DNA of 64,000 nucleotides from assembly GCA_051362555.1 (NCBI GenBank), contig CM120644.1, forward strand, positions 1,124,954 to 1,188,953, in the 5' to 3' direction. This document shows, one piece after another, positions 25,583 through 39,720 of the stretch. The DNA is from Lingula anatina. Lineage: Eukaryota > Animalia > Brachiopoda. The notes below the pieces were generated by a model. It did no database searches, was not told where the DNA came from, and was given only the letters and a program-made list of their open reading frames with translations. Every line of letters begins with the position of its first letter. Within the stretch, counting starts at the first letter, position 1. The translations under genes were made by a program, and so were the position numbers.

Positions 25583-28500
25583 TTGAAAGAAGAAAGAACC
25601 ATTAAGTTTACCTCTTTGACAGAAAGAGCCAGAAGAGGGTGAATTACATAAATATGAATATACCTATAATTGAAGGTTCAGGGCGGGGGTCCACAGTGAG
25701 CAATATTCTCCTTATTGATTGATTTTCTATTGAGTGAATGAAACCTGTATGTGAATCCAAGAACAAATTAACTTGTTAAAAACACTCGTTTGTGGAAGTA
25801 TCTTTGAAACCGACAGCTAGAGATAAGACTCTGCCTGAGGCTACCTACAGTGTGTATTTCACATTAAAGCAACAGATCCCAACCTTTGATTGCCTGCACA
25901 ACCAGGCGGAACATGTGCGCCATACCACCAGTGAGTAGTCAAAACTAATTCTTAAGCAATGTTACCTTCTCAAGAGACCTGGTTTGCGCAATCACGACTT
26001 ATATTCCCTACCCATACCAGGTGAACAGGCCCATTCAGGCAACCGTCTGTGTACACCATGCCCAATCAAATATCGTTTTCACTGGTACAGATATTCTACG
26101 CGCAATGTAAGATGTTTAAACTTTATATACACATCTGTTTGTCGAAATTTTACCAGATATTCAAAATAGTGAAGACGAAGTATGTAGGCTATGTTCTTAC
26201 CCGAAAATAAACTGCGTGCAAAACATGCGATGTAATTGGCAATTTCCCTAACTTTTTGAAGAAACACTTAATAGGCCTAAATATCAGTCAAAAATCAGGT
26301 GGGAAGATATTGGAATCGGCGAACGCAAATCACAGCTTTTTTCCATGGTCTAATAATATGCAATTTGGCGTTTAAAGAAATATATAGCCTATATCGGAGG
26401 CACAAGTATCTAGACATGAATTACATAAATAAATAAACGCACATCAAGGATATGATATAAGTCGTCCTCATTTTACCATCCACTAATCACATTCGTCATC
26501 ATTTCCTACCTGTGGATTGCCGGCCACTTCTCTGTTTTCAGAATCCGTCAACAAGTCAGAATAGAAAAGACAAACGCCATATAGACCCGTAGGAATAGAT
26601 TCCAAACGTGACATCAAAATCAATGCCTACCGCGATTTCTAAGCAGTGGATTCGAGGAATTCTCATTTAATATCCGCAACAAAAAAGTTTATAAAACCCA
26701 AACGTATTCCGTCCAATGTGAAGTGAAATATCTGTCGCTCTTCTGCTGTTTCGTTAAGAATTTCCTGCTTGTTTTTATATTCTTAAGCCGCTAGAGCTGT
26801 TACAGTGATACATGTTCCTGTCTTCTTTCTCAGCGTACCTTCAGCTATCAGGTTTATAGAAATCACATATATGCACTTACTGCCTTCCAGAAATTTCGAC
26901 ACTAGTGTTAAATCTTTAAACCATCTTCCCTGTCAGACACTTAAGTATTCTTGATTATAGATTCTCTATTGTTTACATGTGTCTTCGATGGGTCTTCACC
27001 GCATTCCTAAATAACGTTGGTACATGAAAATACTATTATAACGTTTAAAAATATACAGCTTATAGCCTTCTTCAGGCGTCATAGATATGTGCAATCATCA
27101 ACAGTTTTATCTTTCTAGTCTAACTCCGTCACTGATTTTGTGTGCGCACTCACATGAAACATGTGCAGAAATATAAGAGACACTTGAAGCGAAAATATCA
27201 AGCGCTTTGTCGCATTTTGATCCATCCACCATTAGATGAAAGCATGAATTAGACGTTTGGACTTGTATCATGAGTGAACATAGTGACCAGACCTTAGAAA
27301 TGTAGTGAAAACTCGCACAATGAATAATTTCCTAAAACACGTCGACCTGATTCACGGGGTTAAGTCGACCGTGAAATACCGCTAACACTATTCATAGAAC
27401 TTCAGCGTTCCAAATGTTAAAAGGTGCACAGAAAATGTCATGTCATTTGTTAAGTGGCTGTGTTACACGTAGAATGCTCGTCAACCTTGTCACTCTGGTC
27501 AGACCTGCGTGTATGGTCAGAATCAGGAGGTGTCTTTTGTTCTTACCCAGTCACTGCCAGCTGTCAATACGGTAAATCCATTGCTTTATCCGAGATACAA
27601 ATGTCACAGTTATAGCTACAAGATGAAAATTCAGTTTTACGTCCTCCTCAGTGACGTTAGTTTAGTAAAATTCTTCGTGGGAGTAACATCGAATCACAAA
27701 CACTGCAAGAATATGCAAAGAGTTTTTGCTTCGTGTTCTTTTACCATCAGCGAATTGCCACTAGCGAGATACCGCTACAATATGAATATATCTACCGTTT
27801 CATGTTGGCAGAGGCAAACGTGTACAACGTAGACCAAAAATCACTCGCTAAACTTCTAGGATAAAACCGCCATGTATCACCGCGCGCCGAGACTCTTCGC
27901 CGCAGACAAAATGAAACCACAGTCAGAGAGAAGAATGCTATTTTATCGACGATGCTTGTTCTAGCCGCGGAAGACGAGGACGCACTACGCATATGTACGT
28001 TCACTCACAGTTATTCACTTGCACAGCCTTTAGTGCTCTTTTTTTACTCTCTACGTCCTCTTCTTGTTCTACAACTCTTTACTGACATTGTCACTAATGA
28101 CATAGCTGTGCAAGATGTATATGTAAGGTCTATAATCCATTCCTAATTTGAACTGCTTGCCTTAAATTGCAAACTGTAGAAGACTTTGAAATTGACAAGC
28201 TTTTACTTTCCTTACGTCATTCTAGCTGACTGTTATTGCTGTTATTGCCAACCTCATTGCTGAGAATTATCCCATAATCCATTTGAGGCTTTACTAGTCG
28301 TTTTGATCTTTAATATGCTGGGACGTAATCACAAACGTTCGGCAGTTCTCCTCGTTATTATACAATAACGGTTAACTAGAATTGTCTGATGCAAAATCCA
28401 AGCTAACATTGATTCGGTAATTCTAACAGAAAGTTAATTGCATGTTTCAAATTGTAGTTTTGTCCACATCCAAACGAAGTTCTTTTTGCCGTAATCCAGT

Positions 28501-28967
28501 TTCAGTGTAGATGTCCAATTCCCATCTGGCAATCATCGAAGTTTGAGAATTAGTTTTCCTGCCTACTCAACTGCATTCTAAGTCGCTTACATCACTCAAC
28601 CTAAATGACATCACTAATGCACTGTTATCTGTTAACGCTTCTGATCATTCTCAAACGCTTTGGCTCCAAAGTTAGGCTTAAGTGTTCTTTTTGATCTGCC
28701 GTTTGCCTGCAGTTATTCATCCCCGTTCATCCATATACCGCCAACGGCCTAGTGGCATGACCATGTTAAAATAAGCTGTACGCTCAAAATTACAACTTGG
28801 TGCCCAATACATCTGAACGTTTTTCGATATGGTTATTATTCAATCTTTGTGGTATATCAGATCAGAAAGTCATTTTCTACTCATAAAATGCATGCATTTG
28901 GCAGTCAATGTGCTTCTTGAGATCTATACTCGGATTGCATATCGGTGATTGTAGCTGCTGAGTGTAA

Positions 28968-29145
28968 GGCTTCATTCACATGCAATGTCTATTTTCTAAA
29001 TTCTATTTTCTATTCGCGGTATGTCTTATGATCACGGTCTGTGCCCTTACGCGGCGGGATATTCAGGGAACATGGGAACGTGATCATAAGATAGCGCGAA
29101 TAGAAAATAGAATTTAGAAAAAAAACATTGCATGTGAACGAAGCC
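28968..29145. mobile_element. PIF/Harbinger (Tourist-like) MITE, 178 bp, ~68-bp TIRs, TAA TSD
   Basis: taa|GGCTTCATTCACATGCAATGT...ACATTGCATGTGAACGAAGCC|taa; arms are near-perfect reverse complements. TWA TSDs and GGC ends are typical of Harbinger elements. Confidence 0.88.
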
Positions 29146-29946
29146 TAATTCGCTGGTGGAGTAAAGGAGCATTCTTGAATCCAGACGGGAATTGGTAACG
29201 ACCTACGACAGTCAACCTGCATAATATCGCACAAAACTGCCATCAAAATCCAATGCTCATGACTTGACTACAGTCTGTTTCCTCCAGAGAACACTTGTAT
29301 CAGCGTGCCGCAAATTGTTTTACCGGACTCGGTTAAGTTTTACGAAAGATCACTACAGCTGATTCTAGCTGTCGCGTTACCTTATGGAAATACATTTGAC
29401 AAAGCTAAGGCTGCGAATACATGGGCCTATAAGATGGGCGCTCAAAATAACAACTTTATTACATAAACTAATATGTTTCATACCTTACATTTCACAAGAT
29501 GGCATCTGAGAACCTGGAATTACATCCAATGGGAACCCATTCCAAACTCCATGGCTAACAAACGTTCTATGTTGATTACATCACCCCAATTTACTTGTGC
29601 CCAGTTTGCAATTAGATGACCAAGAAACTCACCAACACCAGCAGTTGGCAATTACAATCCAAAGTTCACAACTGAAGTTAAGACCAGAAGCCTTTGTTGC
29701 CGTAATGTATCCAGTTATCTAATTGTTGTCTCTGTGGCAGTTCAACATGTAGACACAATCCTCACCGTGTTTAACTTTTGATCCACGTATTGATTGTGGC
29801 CATAGAAGTTAAACTGGCGTTACTTCACACGACTGCAGAAGCTCGTTAGGACTCACTTGTGTGAGCCTGTGAGGAGGAGAGATGTCCGATATTAGGATAT
29901 GGAATCCCGTATATTATCCTCTCACTTTCTGGACTGTGTTTGTTTA

Positions 29947-29975
29947 TGAGTTGAGTTGAGTTGAGTTGAGTTGAG
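29947..29975. repeat. (TGAGT)n pentanucleotide repeat
   Basis: tgagttgagttgagttgagttgagttgag. Confidence 0.95.
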
Positions 29976-31856
29976 AATGTTGAATAGATCTTGGTTGTAA
30001 CTGTCCCGAACGTTGTGACGGAGACCGATCAATGGATATACAATAACACGGCGCAAAGATCTCCTTCAAGAAATATGTTCTCCGCGCGCCGATATTTTCC
30101 CAAAAATTTACTTTGAACGGTATATGTTTTGCTTGCAATTTTTGATTGAATCTTTATGTATGTACTACAACGCCAATATCTGTAAACTGAATATCTGAAT
30201 TGTCCTTGAAACAGTATATGTATAACAAGAAAATCGTGGATGTGAGCCGCAGGTCAGATGGTTCTTGCTTTCTTGCTCTCAATACAAGAGATGAACGGCC
30301 TTACCAATTAACACCGTTGGCCATGTTAAAAAAATCTTTGGGAAATTAAAATTCGATTCATTTTCCGTTGACACCGTCAGTTATTCTGATATACAACAAC
30401 AATGGCAATGAAAAACAAACAATAACAATAGGTTAATGCGCTACCGTAGGGACAGTTATAAGATCTCCCACATCTTTGTGTCAACGGTGAATATGAAATA
30501 AAACAAAATCATTAGGGACGTACAATCACAGACAATGACTGTTGACACAAACCATAAGAACGTTTCCCGGAGCACTATCGACCGCTGCCGCTCGATGCGA
30601 CAGAGGCGGCGGCGTCCAAATAGGAAATGTTTGTTTTTATGCCGCACATCTGAAATCTACTTAATTGTATAAGATGGATTTATTGAAATCTCTGGCTTTT
30701 CCACAGACGAGCCTACTTTGCCGTGGATACTTTTCACATCTTCAATAAAAGAGAGACATTTGTTGAAAACACTTTTTACATGTACATGCCATGTACAATT
30801 GAAAGCAAATTGCACTGAGGTTTGAACTCGACATGACATCACCAAAAACACCAAATATTACGTGTAAGAGTGTATGGCTCAGTAGGGGTACTATAAAACC
30901 TCGTCTTATAGCGACGCAATGAGATTTTAGCGGTCTTATGTTAATCTTTCCAAAAATAGAGGCTCAAAATCTGCTTCAAAATGTTAACGATGTGTTCCCT
31001 TTCTTTTTGAGTTGTTATTTTATTATCAATCCATTTAGCGATGTATGCAGTCATTTAGATGCTTAAAACGTTGGCTAAACTAGATTAATTTGATTGCATT
31101 ACCCCTGCTGTGCACCTGTTATGTTCAAATAGCCCTCATTTCCGCGTTGTGCATCATACATGAGCGAGAGAAACATACTGGTATAACATAGAGCGTTTTT
31201 ATAAAATTATTGCTTTACGCCTACTGTGAACAAGCTGTGTTTAGATAACGTTTTTTTTCAGTACCCCGTGTTATACACGAACGCAAGAACAATACTGCTA
31301 AAAAGACTTGTTGATCGTTATTTCACCAGGTGACAACAAAGCTTTAAATTGTTGCCAATAAAATGTACAAATTCAAAAAATTTAGTAGATAAATTTGTAA
31401 CTTTTGGTATCCATAAACTTAGCAACGTAAATAGATAAACCGTTGAAGCATTAATGGTGTTTCCTAGGTATTTCATAAGAGATACAGAATTCACTTGTGT
31501 AATTATTTGTTTTAACATGGACGGGTATATATTCCCATAGACTGTTCAAGGTGTTAGCAGCAGCCATCTCACTCTCACCCCTCACTGTTACCGTGTACAC
31601 AGTTTACATAGACTACACCGGGGAGACCTTTTAACACCTCCAAGCAGGCTAGCACAGGTGAGAGGGGATGATGCATTAGCTTCCCAGCCTGAGAGTCCTC
31701 TATTGTGAATTTAGAAATCAATGACCTGTGAATTATTATAATTTTTATTAGAGACCATCTTAGAGATTTGACCGTCTGTAACTAGACCAAGTACGTCTGA
31801 ACCAACCCCTGATATCGTTATTGATATTCAATTGTGACTTGTAAAGGAAATGTCAT

Positions 31857-31887
<31 letters not shown>

Positions 31888-33349
31888 TACACACAATGAG
31901 GAATAAATCATACCTATCTATAAATATCTCTTCAATAAAGAAGAAAATATTGATAGAATCCCCAGTCAAGCTGTTTTCAGCATGATCTTGGCTTGAAAAT
32001 AGCACCGTTCAATGAAGAGAAATCATCAAATATCATCAATAAATAATAAATATACCCGACCGTTTTCAGCCGCGAGGGGCTGTGTTTCACTTAGGGCACC
32101 ATCTAAGCACATGACAGTTTAGCAGATATCTTGTCTTCAGCAGATATCTTGTCTGGTTGCCTGAGACAGTACAGCGTGATAAGACCAGTTTGATAAAGAC
32201 CAAAAGATATAAATCATCCGATAAAATTGATCTCTATCAGTTCATCGGGTCATCAGTTTATCAATATATCCTCGCCTCCCTGGTGTTAAACACCTCCTTT
32301 GGGATAGAAAAGATAATTTCACCTCGATTATACTTCGATAAGAGCGTACGTGATAGAACCAGGAAATGATCATAATTCACTATAACAGAATTTCGAAATT
32401 TAAACGATGACTTACGTTATTGAGAATGAAAAGAAAAGGAAAATGGGAGAAAATATCGGATACATTCTTAGCAGACAAAATTACTGGGACCCAGTAAAAC
32501 TGGATCACTTACCCGATTGTTGTGACTGAGGTAGTGGGGAGCTAGGGGGGTAAGAGCAAGTTTTATCCCAAACAACAGCCAAAAAATGAACCCCTAGACG
32601 AAAAAGCCTGACTAGAGCGCAATCACCGTTTCGGCATTGAGAAAGGGTGTTTGAGCCCTGTGTTTTAGTGCCCTTCATATGATGAAAACAGTCAGTAACT
32701 AAAAGTACTCAAGGACAGTTAAGTTTGTTAAGACTTAAGACTATTTCAAGTGAAGCAAAATTGAATCAGGTTAGTTATAAGGTGATGGTACCGTTTGGTT
32801 CACAAAGTCTGGCTATGACATAAGTTTATTCCTGTTCTCAAGGGAGGTCACGTGTCTCTACCGACCCCCTGATTACGACTAGTTCACCATACGCAGCCAA
32901 TCTAATCCCCTATTGTCTACCCCCAACTGCCGCCGTAGTCAGGGTAAGTCGTGTGCCATTATATCAGCTTCCTAGGGTGACTTAATCGTAATTGGCTTAC
33001 CTGTCCAGACGGATTGTAACAAGTGAGGACGCTCCAAGGTGACTGTTAACACGTCTTTAGGCGAGTTCAGCCGGTCTTTAGGTCGTGCTCGGAGTAAAGG
33101 GGTTTATGCACTAAGATGTGTGAGAAGTAAAGGACTAATTTGGTGATGAAAGATGTGACAGGTGTAACAAATGGCTTAGTGTTATTCCACATATAGAATA
33201 CATATAATTATATAAATAGGGCCTATACGACAAGGACAACAGTCATTTAATTTCATTTACTCGATTTTTTTAACGTCTACATTACAGATCGGTTTTCCCG
33301 GGGAGGCCTTTAACAGACCAAGAGGCCGCATGACGCATTAGTCGGATAA

Positions 33350-33570
33350 GGGTGCAGTTAGATTTCCACATCGCACAAGCTCGGTGGATCTAACTCTCCG
33401 GAGACTTTCGCTAAAGTGCAATCAGTGACATCAGCTTAATAATTTCCCACCTACCTTCTCGAGGAGGCACGTCAGACAATTAAGCTGATTCCCCTCATTG
33501 CACTTTAGCGAAAATACCCCACATAGTTGGACCGACTCAGCTTGTGCGATGTGTGAATCTGAATGCAGTC
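33350..33570. mobile_element. Palindromic MITE, TAA TSD, related to family A
   Basis: taa|gggtgcagttagatttccacatcgcacaagct...agcttgtgcgatgtgtgaatctgaatgcagtc|taa; inner arms ttcgctaaagtgcaat / attgcactttagcgaa and atcagcttaat / attaagctgat. Confidence 0.82.
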
Positions 33571-33864
33571 TAAATATTGCATGCATGAATTCTGTCGCCT
33601 TGTGACATGTTGAAGTCTTAGACTAGTGGTTAGTATGGACGAAGACATTAAAAATCACAAAACTCACCCGCAGTTTGGGCGTGAAAATAGGTTTCTTTGG
33701 AGAGACGGCGAGGGCAACAATGTTTTTTTTCGATAAGATATTTAAGCAATCATATGTAGAAAAGCTGTACACACATTGCCAGGGATGGGTAAACACAGGT
33801 AGATCTACATGTATGCGGCTACTCATACACAAAACTGAGTACAGAATAAGAAGAGATGCACGAT

Positions 33865-33921
33865 AAAATAGACTAGTGGATATCTTTTACAAAATAGACA
33901 AGTAGATATCTTATACAAAAT
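33865..33921. repeat. 26-bp tandem duplication
   Basis: aaaatagac(t/a)agt(g/a)gatatctt(t/a)tac twice. Confidence 0.85.
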
Positions 33922-35479
33922 GCGTATAAACGATCCTGATGACAGGAAAATAGTTTGAAAAAAACAAGGCCCTCATTTTGTTACTAAAAATTATCTAAAT
34001 AGCTTATTATATAGCATGCTGGCGTACCAATCTTCTGTAAAAAACGTGAGAATATAAAAGCTCTGGGTGGTAATACACAGACAAAACAAATAAACGCATA
34101 AAAAGAAGATGTATCAGGCCAATTAGAACAGAAAATAATATTCCCTTTGAAGGGTAACAAGGTTAATCAAATATGATATTTACTCAACGGAGTAACCAGA
34201 TTTTTTGCAACGAACGCTGAAACTTGGGGCACTTAATAAATGCATTATACCAGCAAATAGGATTACGATGGGCATTACGGGAAGGCTCCAGAGGTTTGTG
34301 TCTTTTTATCCATAAAAATGTCAATCCTGTGGCCCGCGGTAACGCTGAAATCTGCTTACATGACTCAGAAATATTTGAGAATATGGATATCCAATTGTGA
34401 ATCATGTGGTAATTCTCCTTAATCTTCCCTTTGGGGTAAAATACCAAAGTTTCACATGCTTTAACATGCTAAGACATTGTTATTTTCTGAAAAACATTTT
34501 GATAACCTTTAACTGCAGTCGAGTCCACGTGGCTGAAGGCGAACTTCTGCTAAAACTTGTCTTGGGGTTTGATCTATGGGAGAGCTTTCTTTCCTTTTTA
34601 GTGTGTTAATTCAGCGCCTTAGTACATATGTTGCAGCAAAACAAATTATAAATGATTGACATCTATCACAATTTTCAAGAATCTAACCCGAAGCCTGAAA
34701 GTCTTTTCTTACAGAAGGTCTTGCAATAATAAAAAAGGAGGGTTTGTTCACTGATAATGGAGAAAAGCTGCTTGCACCAAATGATATGTTCAGTATATTA
34801 AGAGTACCATTAAATATTCAATGAAAGGCTGACTGAATGGAATAACAGCTAGAATATGAAGACGTATTTGATTAAACGGTTTAATCTGAAGCTAACCGCT
34901 TTGACTTCGAATCAGCGTGCCAATATGATGAATTCTCTGCTTATGAACGTAGTTAAGGCAACCTCAAAATCGCATCTTGTTCCAAACAATTTGAAATTGA
35001 ATTAATTGAAAAGTCTTGCAGGTAATCAGCGAGTAATCTTTAACATTTATCGTCTATGCAGATCTTCCTAACCATTACGTAAGCAAAGTGTCTAGCAACA
35101 AATACAATGAACTAGAGTTCTGGAATTCTGAAACTCTTTCTGTTCAGTGTCTACCATTATGTAGAGAAAGCGACTGCTAATTCCAAAGAAAGGGACAGCA
35201 AAATATATACACACAAAATCGTTTGAAAAGAAACCCATCTTATTTTCTGTAAAAATGGATATTTAGATAAGAGTACCCAGTGATGGAGACATCAAAATAC
35301 CTGCTTGATCTGCTTGATTAAATGCTGTACAGATTTAATTATGCACAGAAGTGATACCGAGTATCAACTTACTCTCGTGAATCTACACTGTAAAAACAGT
35401 GCTTAGCATTTAAATATATACAACATACGTTAAGCACCTATACGCATTTAGAAATATGTGTAAAAGCTAAGCACGTATA

Positions 35480-36002
35480 GCTTTTCAAGCGTTTCACAGA
35501 AGAAAATGCTAGACACCTTGGCAGTGTTACACGTTTAGCTATGTGCTTAGCTTCACCGGTATATGGATCTATAATAAGTCTATCACAAGCTAAGCACATT
35601 GGCTAAGCACTTCCCCTGCTAAGCGCGTGAGGCTGCTAAACATATGGAGCTGCTATAGGTGTGGAATTCCTAAACGCGTGGAGCTGCTGAACATTACTCT
35701 CTACCAAGGCCGCAGTTCTTGGGGACATTTTTTGCTGAGGCGACATCAGACCAAATTGACTATCTATTTATCTAGAGACATATCTGTGAATATCTGTGAA
35801 AAATCAATCTGTCGCCCTGGTAGAGGGTAGCTGAACAACAAGTTTGGCTTTTCAAGCTTCTTTCAGAAGAAATTAAAATGTTTAACATTCTTAGAAGTGT
35901 CGCACTTTTAGCTATGTGATTAGTTTCACCGGTCCCATAAGTTTATTACAAGGCTCAACAATTTGGCTTAACACTTCCCCTTGTAAACGTGTGGAGCTGT
36001 TG
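35480..36002. repeat. Diverged ~160-bp direct duplication inside the CACTG element
   Basis: gcttttcaagc...tttagctatgtgcttagcttcaccggt...cacttcccct (35480-35640) versus gcttttcaagc...tttagctatgtgattagtttcaccggt...cacttcccct (35847-36002). Confidence 0.8.
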
Positions 36003-36080
36003 AAGGCGTGGAGCAGTCTGCTCGAACGCTTGGTGTCTTTCCTTGCAGTAACGCGTGCTTATTTAAAATAGGTCTATTAA

Positions 36081-36452
36081 AGATGCATACAAAGTCAATT
36101 TTTTGCTCAAAACCCAACCAAATAACAGTATATAGTTTCAAAAAGTATAATTAAGAAAATTGCCAGAAGGCGTTGATTAATATTACCCGAAAAATGATAT
36201 TTGAATGGATTTTTCTGTTAGCTTACTATCCTGTATATACATGAGGCAGAAAAGTAGGTCACATAAGTAGGTTAAATTTCTGACCAAAAATTTAAAGAGC
36301 CGTCTAAAGCTCTTTTATGGCTGATCGAGTGATTTATTCAGTTTGTCCCTTGGCATGTCGACTTTATTTGAGGCGTATACGAATCTAGTAGAAGTGGTTT
36401 ATATGTGTTACTGGCAACCCACGCTCCACCGATGCTCGGTTCACATGTACCT
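36081..36452. mobile_element. Possible nested TTAA-flanked (Kolobok-like) non-autonomous element
   Basis: ttaa|AGATGCATAC ... ACATGTACCT|ttaa; weak TIR match (6/10). Confidence 0.3.
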
Positions 36453-38539
36453 TTAAGTAATAATCCAAATAACAAATAACGTTTTCACGACGTTATCAGA
36501 TGGTTACATGCTGGTAATGGTATAGAAGAACATTATGGTAACGTTATGGGTGTTTTAGCTCCATGCAAAATGATGTACAGTAACGTTATAATTTGTAAAA
36601 AGATTCGAAGACCGTTTCTACAAAATTTTATGATACATGTAACGTCATTTTGTGGAGTTTTATCAGCGTGTTTATAACATTCTGGAAAGACATTATATAA
36701 TGTTTTGAAAACAATTTTTATATAAATAACCAAAACACGTCTTATGCTGTTTGAACTACAGTTAGCGGTCAATTCCAAAATGGGCTTGGGGTTAGTCGGC
36801 GACTAGAGCGGTGCGAGTTGTAGAATATTCGGACTATCGGTACCGAAATAACCAGCATGTGATGAAAGTTTAAATAAAGTATTATAATGAATACCCCACC
36901 ATCATCCTGATGCCCTATTGTTCATTACTTCCGGAAAAAATAAATAGATATCAATACCGTAACGCATTTTATCAAAATATGGAGAAAGGTGTTTTAAAGT
37001 AAAAATGATAGTTGTTTCGTGACTTTAGTGAACTAGTGAATTTTCATAACCTGCTTTTCAGAAATACATTCCAATAAACTTCCTCGCAAGGTCAGCTAAC
37101 ACAAGGATGAATAAGTCCAGCTGTAAAGATGATAGTGGGAAGTCAACGATGTTGACAGTTCACGGTACCCTGTTATAGAAAGAGATAACTATAGCAGTTA
37201 AAGGTGACCGTGAGTTCGTCTGTGTGTGCGTGTGTGTGCGTGCGCGCGCGTGTGTGCGACTAAAACAGTTGAAACCCTTAGCACCTAAAAGTTAAACAGA
37301 TACACCCTACATTTATAAGCCGTCAAACGCGTCATACTGCTAAACACAAGCGTGTAACATGTTAAGGAGCTAAGCATGTTAGGAGCTAAACGCGTCGAAA
37401 AAGTGAGACAAAACAGGCGCTTAGAAATGTGTTTAGGAGCTAAACACTGTTTTTACAGTGTAGGTTGGTTCGGATGGGATCTGCCGTTTCGTTTTCGAGG
37501 GCGGGAGAGGGAGGGGGAGAATGGGGCAGGTGAGGGGTGTAAGTACCGTGTACCGACCTGTAGCAGGATAAAGACATATGCCCATTGGCATCCGTTTGAA
37601 ATATGTATTCGTCTGTCTTCTGCAAAGATCCATGACCAAAGTAATGTCGATGGCAAAATAGACGCCATTTAAGCTATAGGTAAATGCTAGGTAGAGTAAT
37701 CACTGGATACATGTATCTTCATATACTTCAGTTCGTATACAGTCGTACACAAGTAAGGCCTTTTAAACAGTTAAAACACACGCACGCGCACACATAAATA
37801 CACACATGCACACACACGGGTTACTCTAGACACTGACATTATACGCCATTTGAATGAAGAATACCGCTGTTCTAAAGCATATCCACAAATTACTGTGTAA
37901 AGTAGCCAGTGGGTGTTGCCCCAAGGTTATTATCACACGAGCCTTGCGCCTGCTGTAACATTTGGAAAGTATTAACTCCCACTTTAGGAGTTTGCGTGCT
38001 TAAAGCCCACTTTCCCACGGCGCTACAGGTGAGAAAAGCGTCCCTCTCAACCAAGACCAACGCTCAGTGATTTTTACCATCTTTAAGTGTTTTGCAATCG
38101 CTTAAAAAGATGAACTACCTGTACATGGAACAAACAGACAGTGGCAGCCAGAAGGGATCATCTAATCAGTTACGCTGATTTTTGAAATGTTTCGCGCTTC
38201 TGAACACGGGTTCTCTAACCTGCGCGTAATAAAAAGCGCGTGTGCATCCCTAAGGATGTCCACGCGCTGACACTGGCGTCCACGCGCGCACGGAATTCAC
38301 TAATTGAAAACAAAGTTTCTTAAAAGGCATTTTCTTCTTCATTAAATTGGTGGAGAGGAGGGCTTTGACAAAGGGGCACAATTTCTGAAAGTTCTGTCAA
38401 AACATGACTTAATTGTGTGTCTGTGTGTGTGTTAGGGAGGGGGCGAACCACAAGTCTGTGTTAAAGAATAATAAGTAGAAAGAAAGCAATATATGAAACC
38501 TTATTGAAGGCGAGCTAAGAGTAATAACTCATCGGAACT

Positions 38540-38609
38540 ACACACACACACTCTCTCTCTCTCTTTCTCTCTCTCTCTCTTCACACACACACACACTCAC
38601 ACACACGTG

Positions 38610-38642
<33 letters not shown>

Positions 38643-38672
38643 CACATCTCTCTCTCTCTCTTCACACACACA

Positions 38673-38707
<35 letters not shown>
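38540..38707. repeat. Compound alternating (CA)n/(CT)n microsatellite
   Basis: Several alternating CA and CT blocks seen directly. Confidence 0.95.
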
Positions 38708-38709
<2 letters not shown>

Positions 38710-39643
38710 ACAGACACTAATATCTAAATTGAAAGTCAAACAAAACAAAGGCTGCACTGTGCGATATGTCATCAATATTCACCCGAATTTCCGTCTCTAA
38801 GCATGTGGCCCCGTATTCCACTCCTCTGTAACCGCTTCATTTCGGTCCGAACTGAGAAATCAATTTCCTCCTGAGATAAAATCCAATTTTTCTCTGTCAA
38901 TGAATAGATCCAAACAACCTTGGTTAAAGTACTCTTATTGTGGATAAATCCACACATAAAATATTTTACACTATGTCCAAACTATGCATATGCCTAATGT
39001 CTTCTACATGTATGTCAAACAAATAACGGTGTATAATGTATGAGAGCCAAGTGAAACTTGTATCGTTATCTTTGAAAACGCATCAACACTGTAATAAACA
39101 ATACCAGGTATATGCTTACTACTGGTATTACTCTCTCGGTGTCCTCTCAAATCTCGTATAAACTTTAGTTTTACTCCTCAACATCGTTATCTATATTATC
39201 TTGTTGTTGTCTTTTTTATATGCTCCCTTATTATCTGATTGTGCTTATAAAAAAGAACCTTCAGAGCGGACGTTTTTTCTCTGAGAACGAAAAAACGTCT
39301 TTGACGGATTCAAATATCGACTGCTGTCTTTCGATATTTCAAAAATGCATTTCATTTTCACCATTCCTATAAAACATTCTTGATTATGTTGATCTATTTT
39401 TATGTACTTTTAATGAAGACTGCCTTAGAATGAAACTGGTTCAAGCGTTAAGCCAATGTCCATGTCTACTCTTTGTTCACAGTCGCTGTAATAAAATACG
39501 AAGTGCAGAAAAGAGTAACAAATAAGAGAAAGAAAACAGAGACAAATTTCGATTTTCCTGTCTCAGCTATTACATCTATCAGTCTAGAAGACGGGCTTCA
39601 CACAGAGGATATTGATTCTTAAGAAACTGAACCCTTCATCCTG

Positions 39644-39651
39644 CCCCCCCC

Positions 39652-39704
<53 letters not shown>

Positions 39705-39720
39705 TGTGTTTGCGTGTGTT
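39644..39720. repeat. (CT)n(GT)n microsatellite
   Basis: Seen directly. Confidence 0.93.

Larger units (their letters stand above)
35386..37460. mobile_element. Non-autonomous CACTA/EnSpm-like element (~2.1 kb) with CACTG termini and TA flanks
   Basis: ta|CACTGTAAAAACAGTGCTTAGC ... GCTAAACACTGTTTTTACAGTG|ta (22-bp TIR, one mismatch); many subterminal gctaa(g/a)cac repeats at both ends; no transposase ORF recognised. Confidence 0.72.

Noticed and set aside
27035-27085. Minus-strand CTGAAGA...AAACGTT resembling a Penelope-type hammerhead
   Set aside because: Stem II pairing and the GAAA core are broken; at most a decayed remnant. An Infernal search with hammerhead models would settle it.
37376-37672. 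Cluster of four overlapping ORFs
   Set aside because: They straddle the transposon terminus and a purine-rich tract; no homology recognised.
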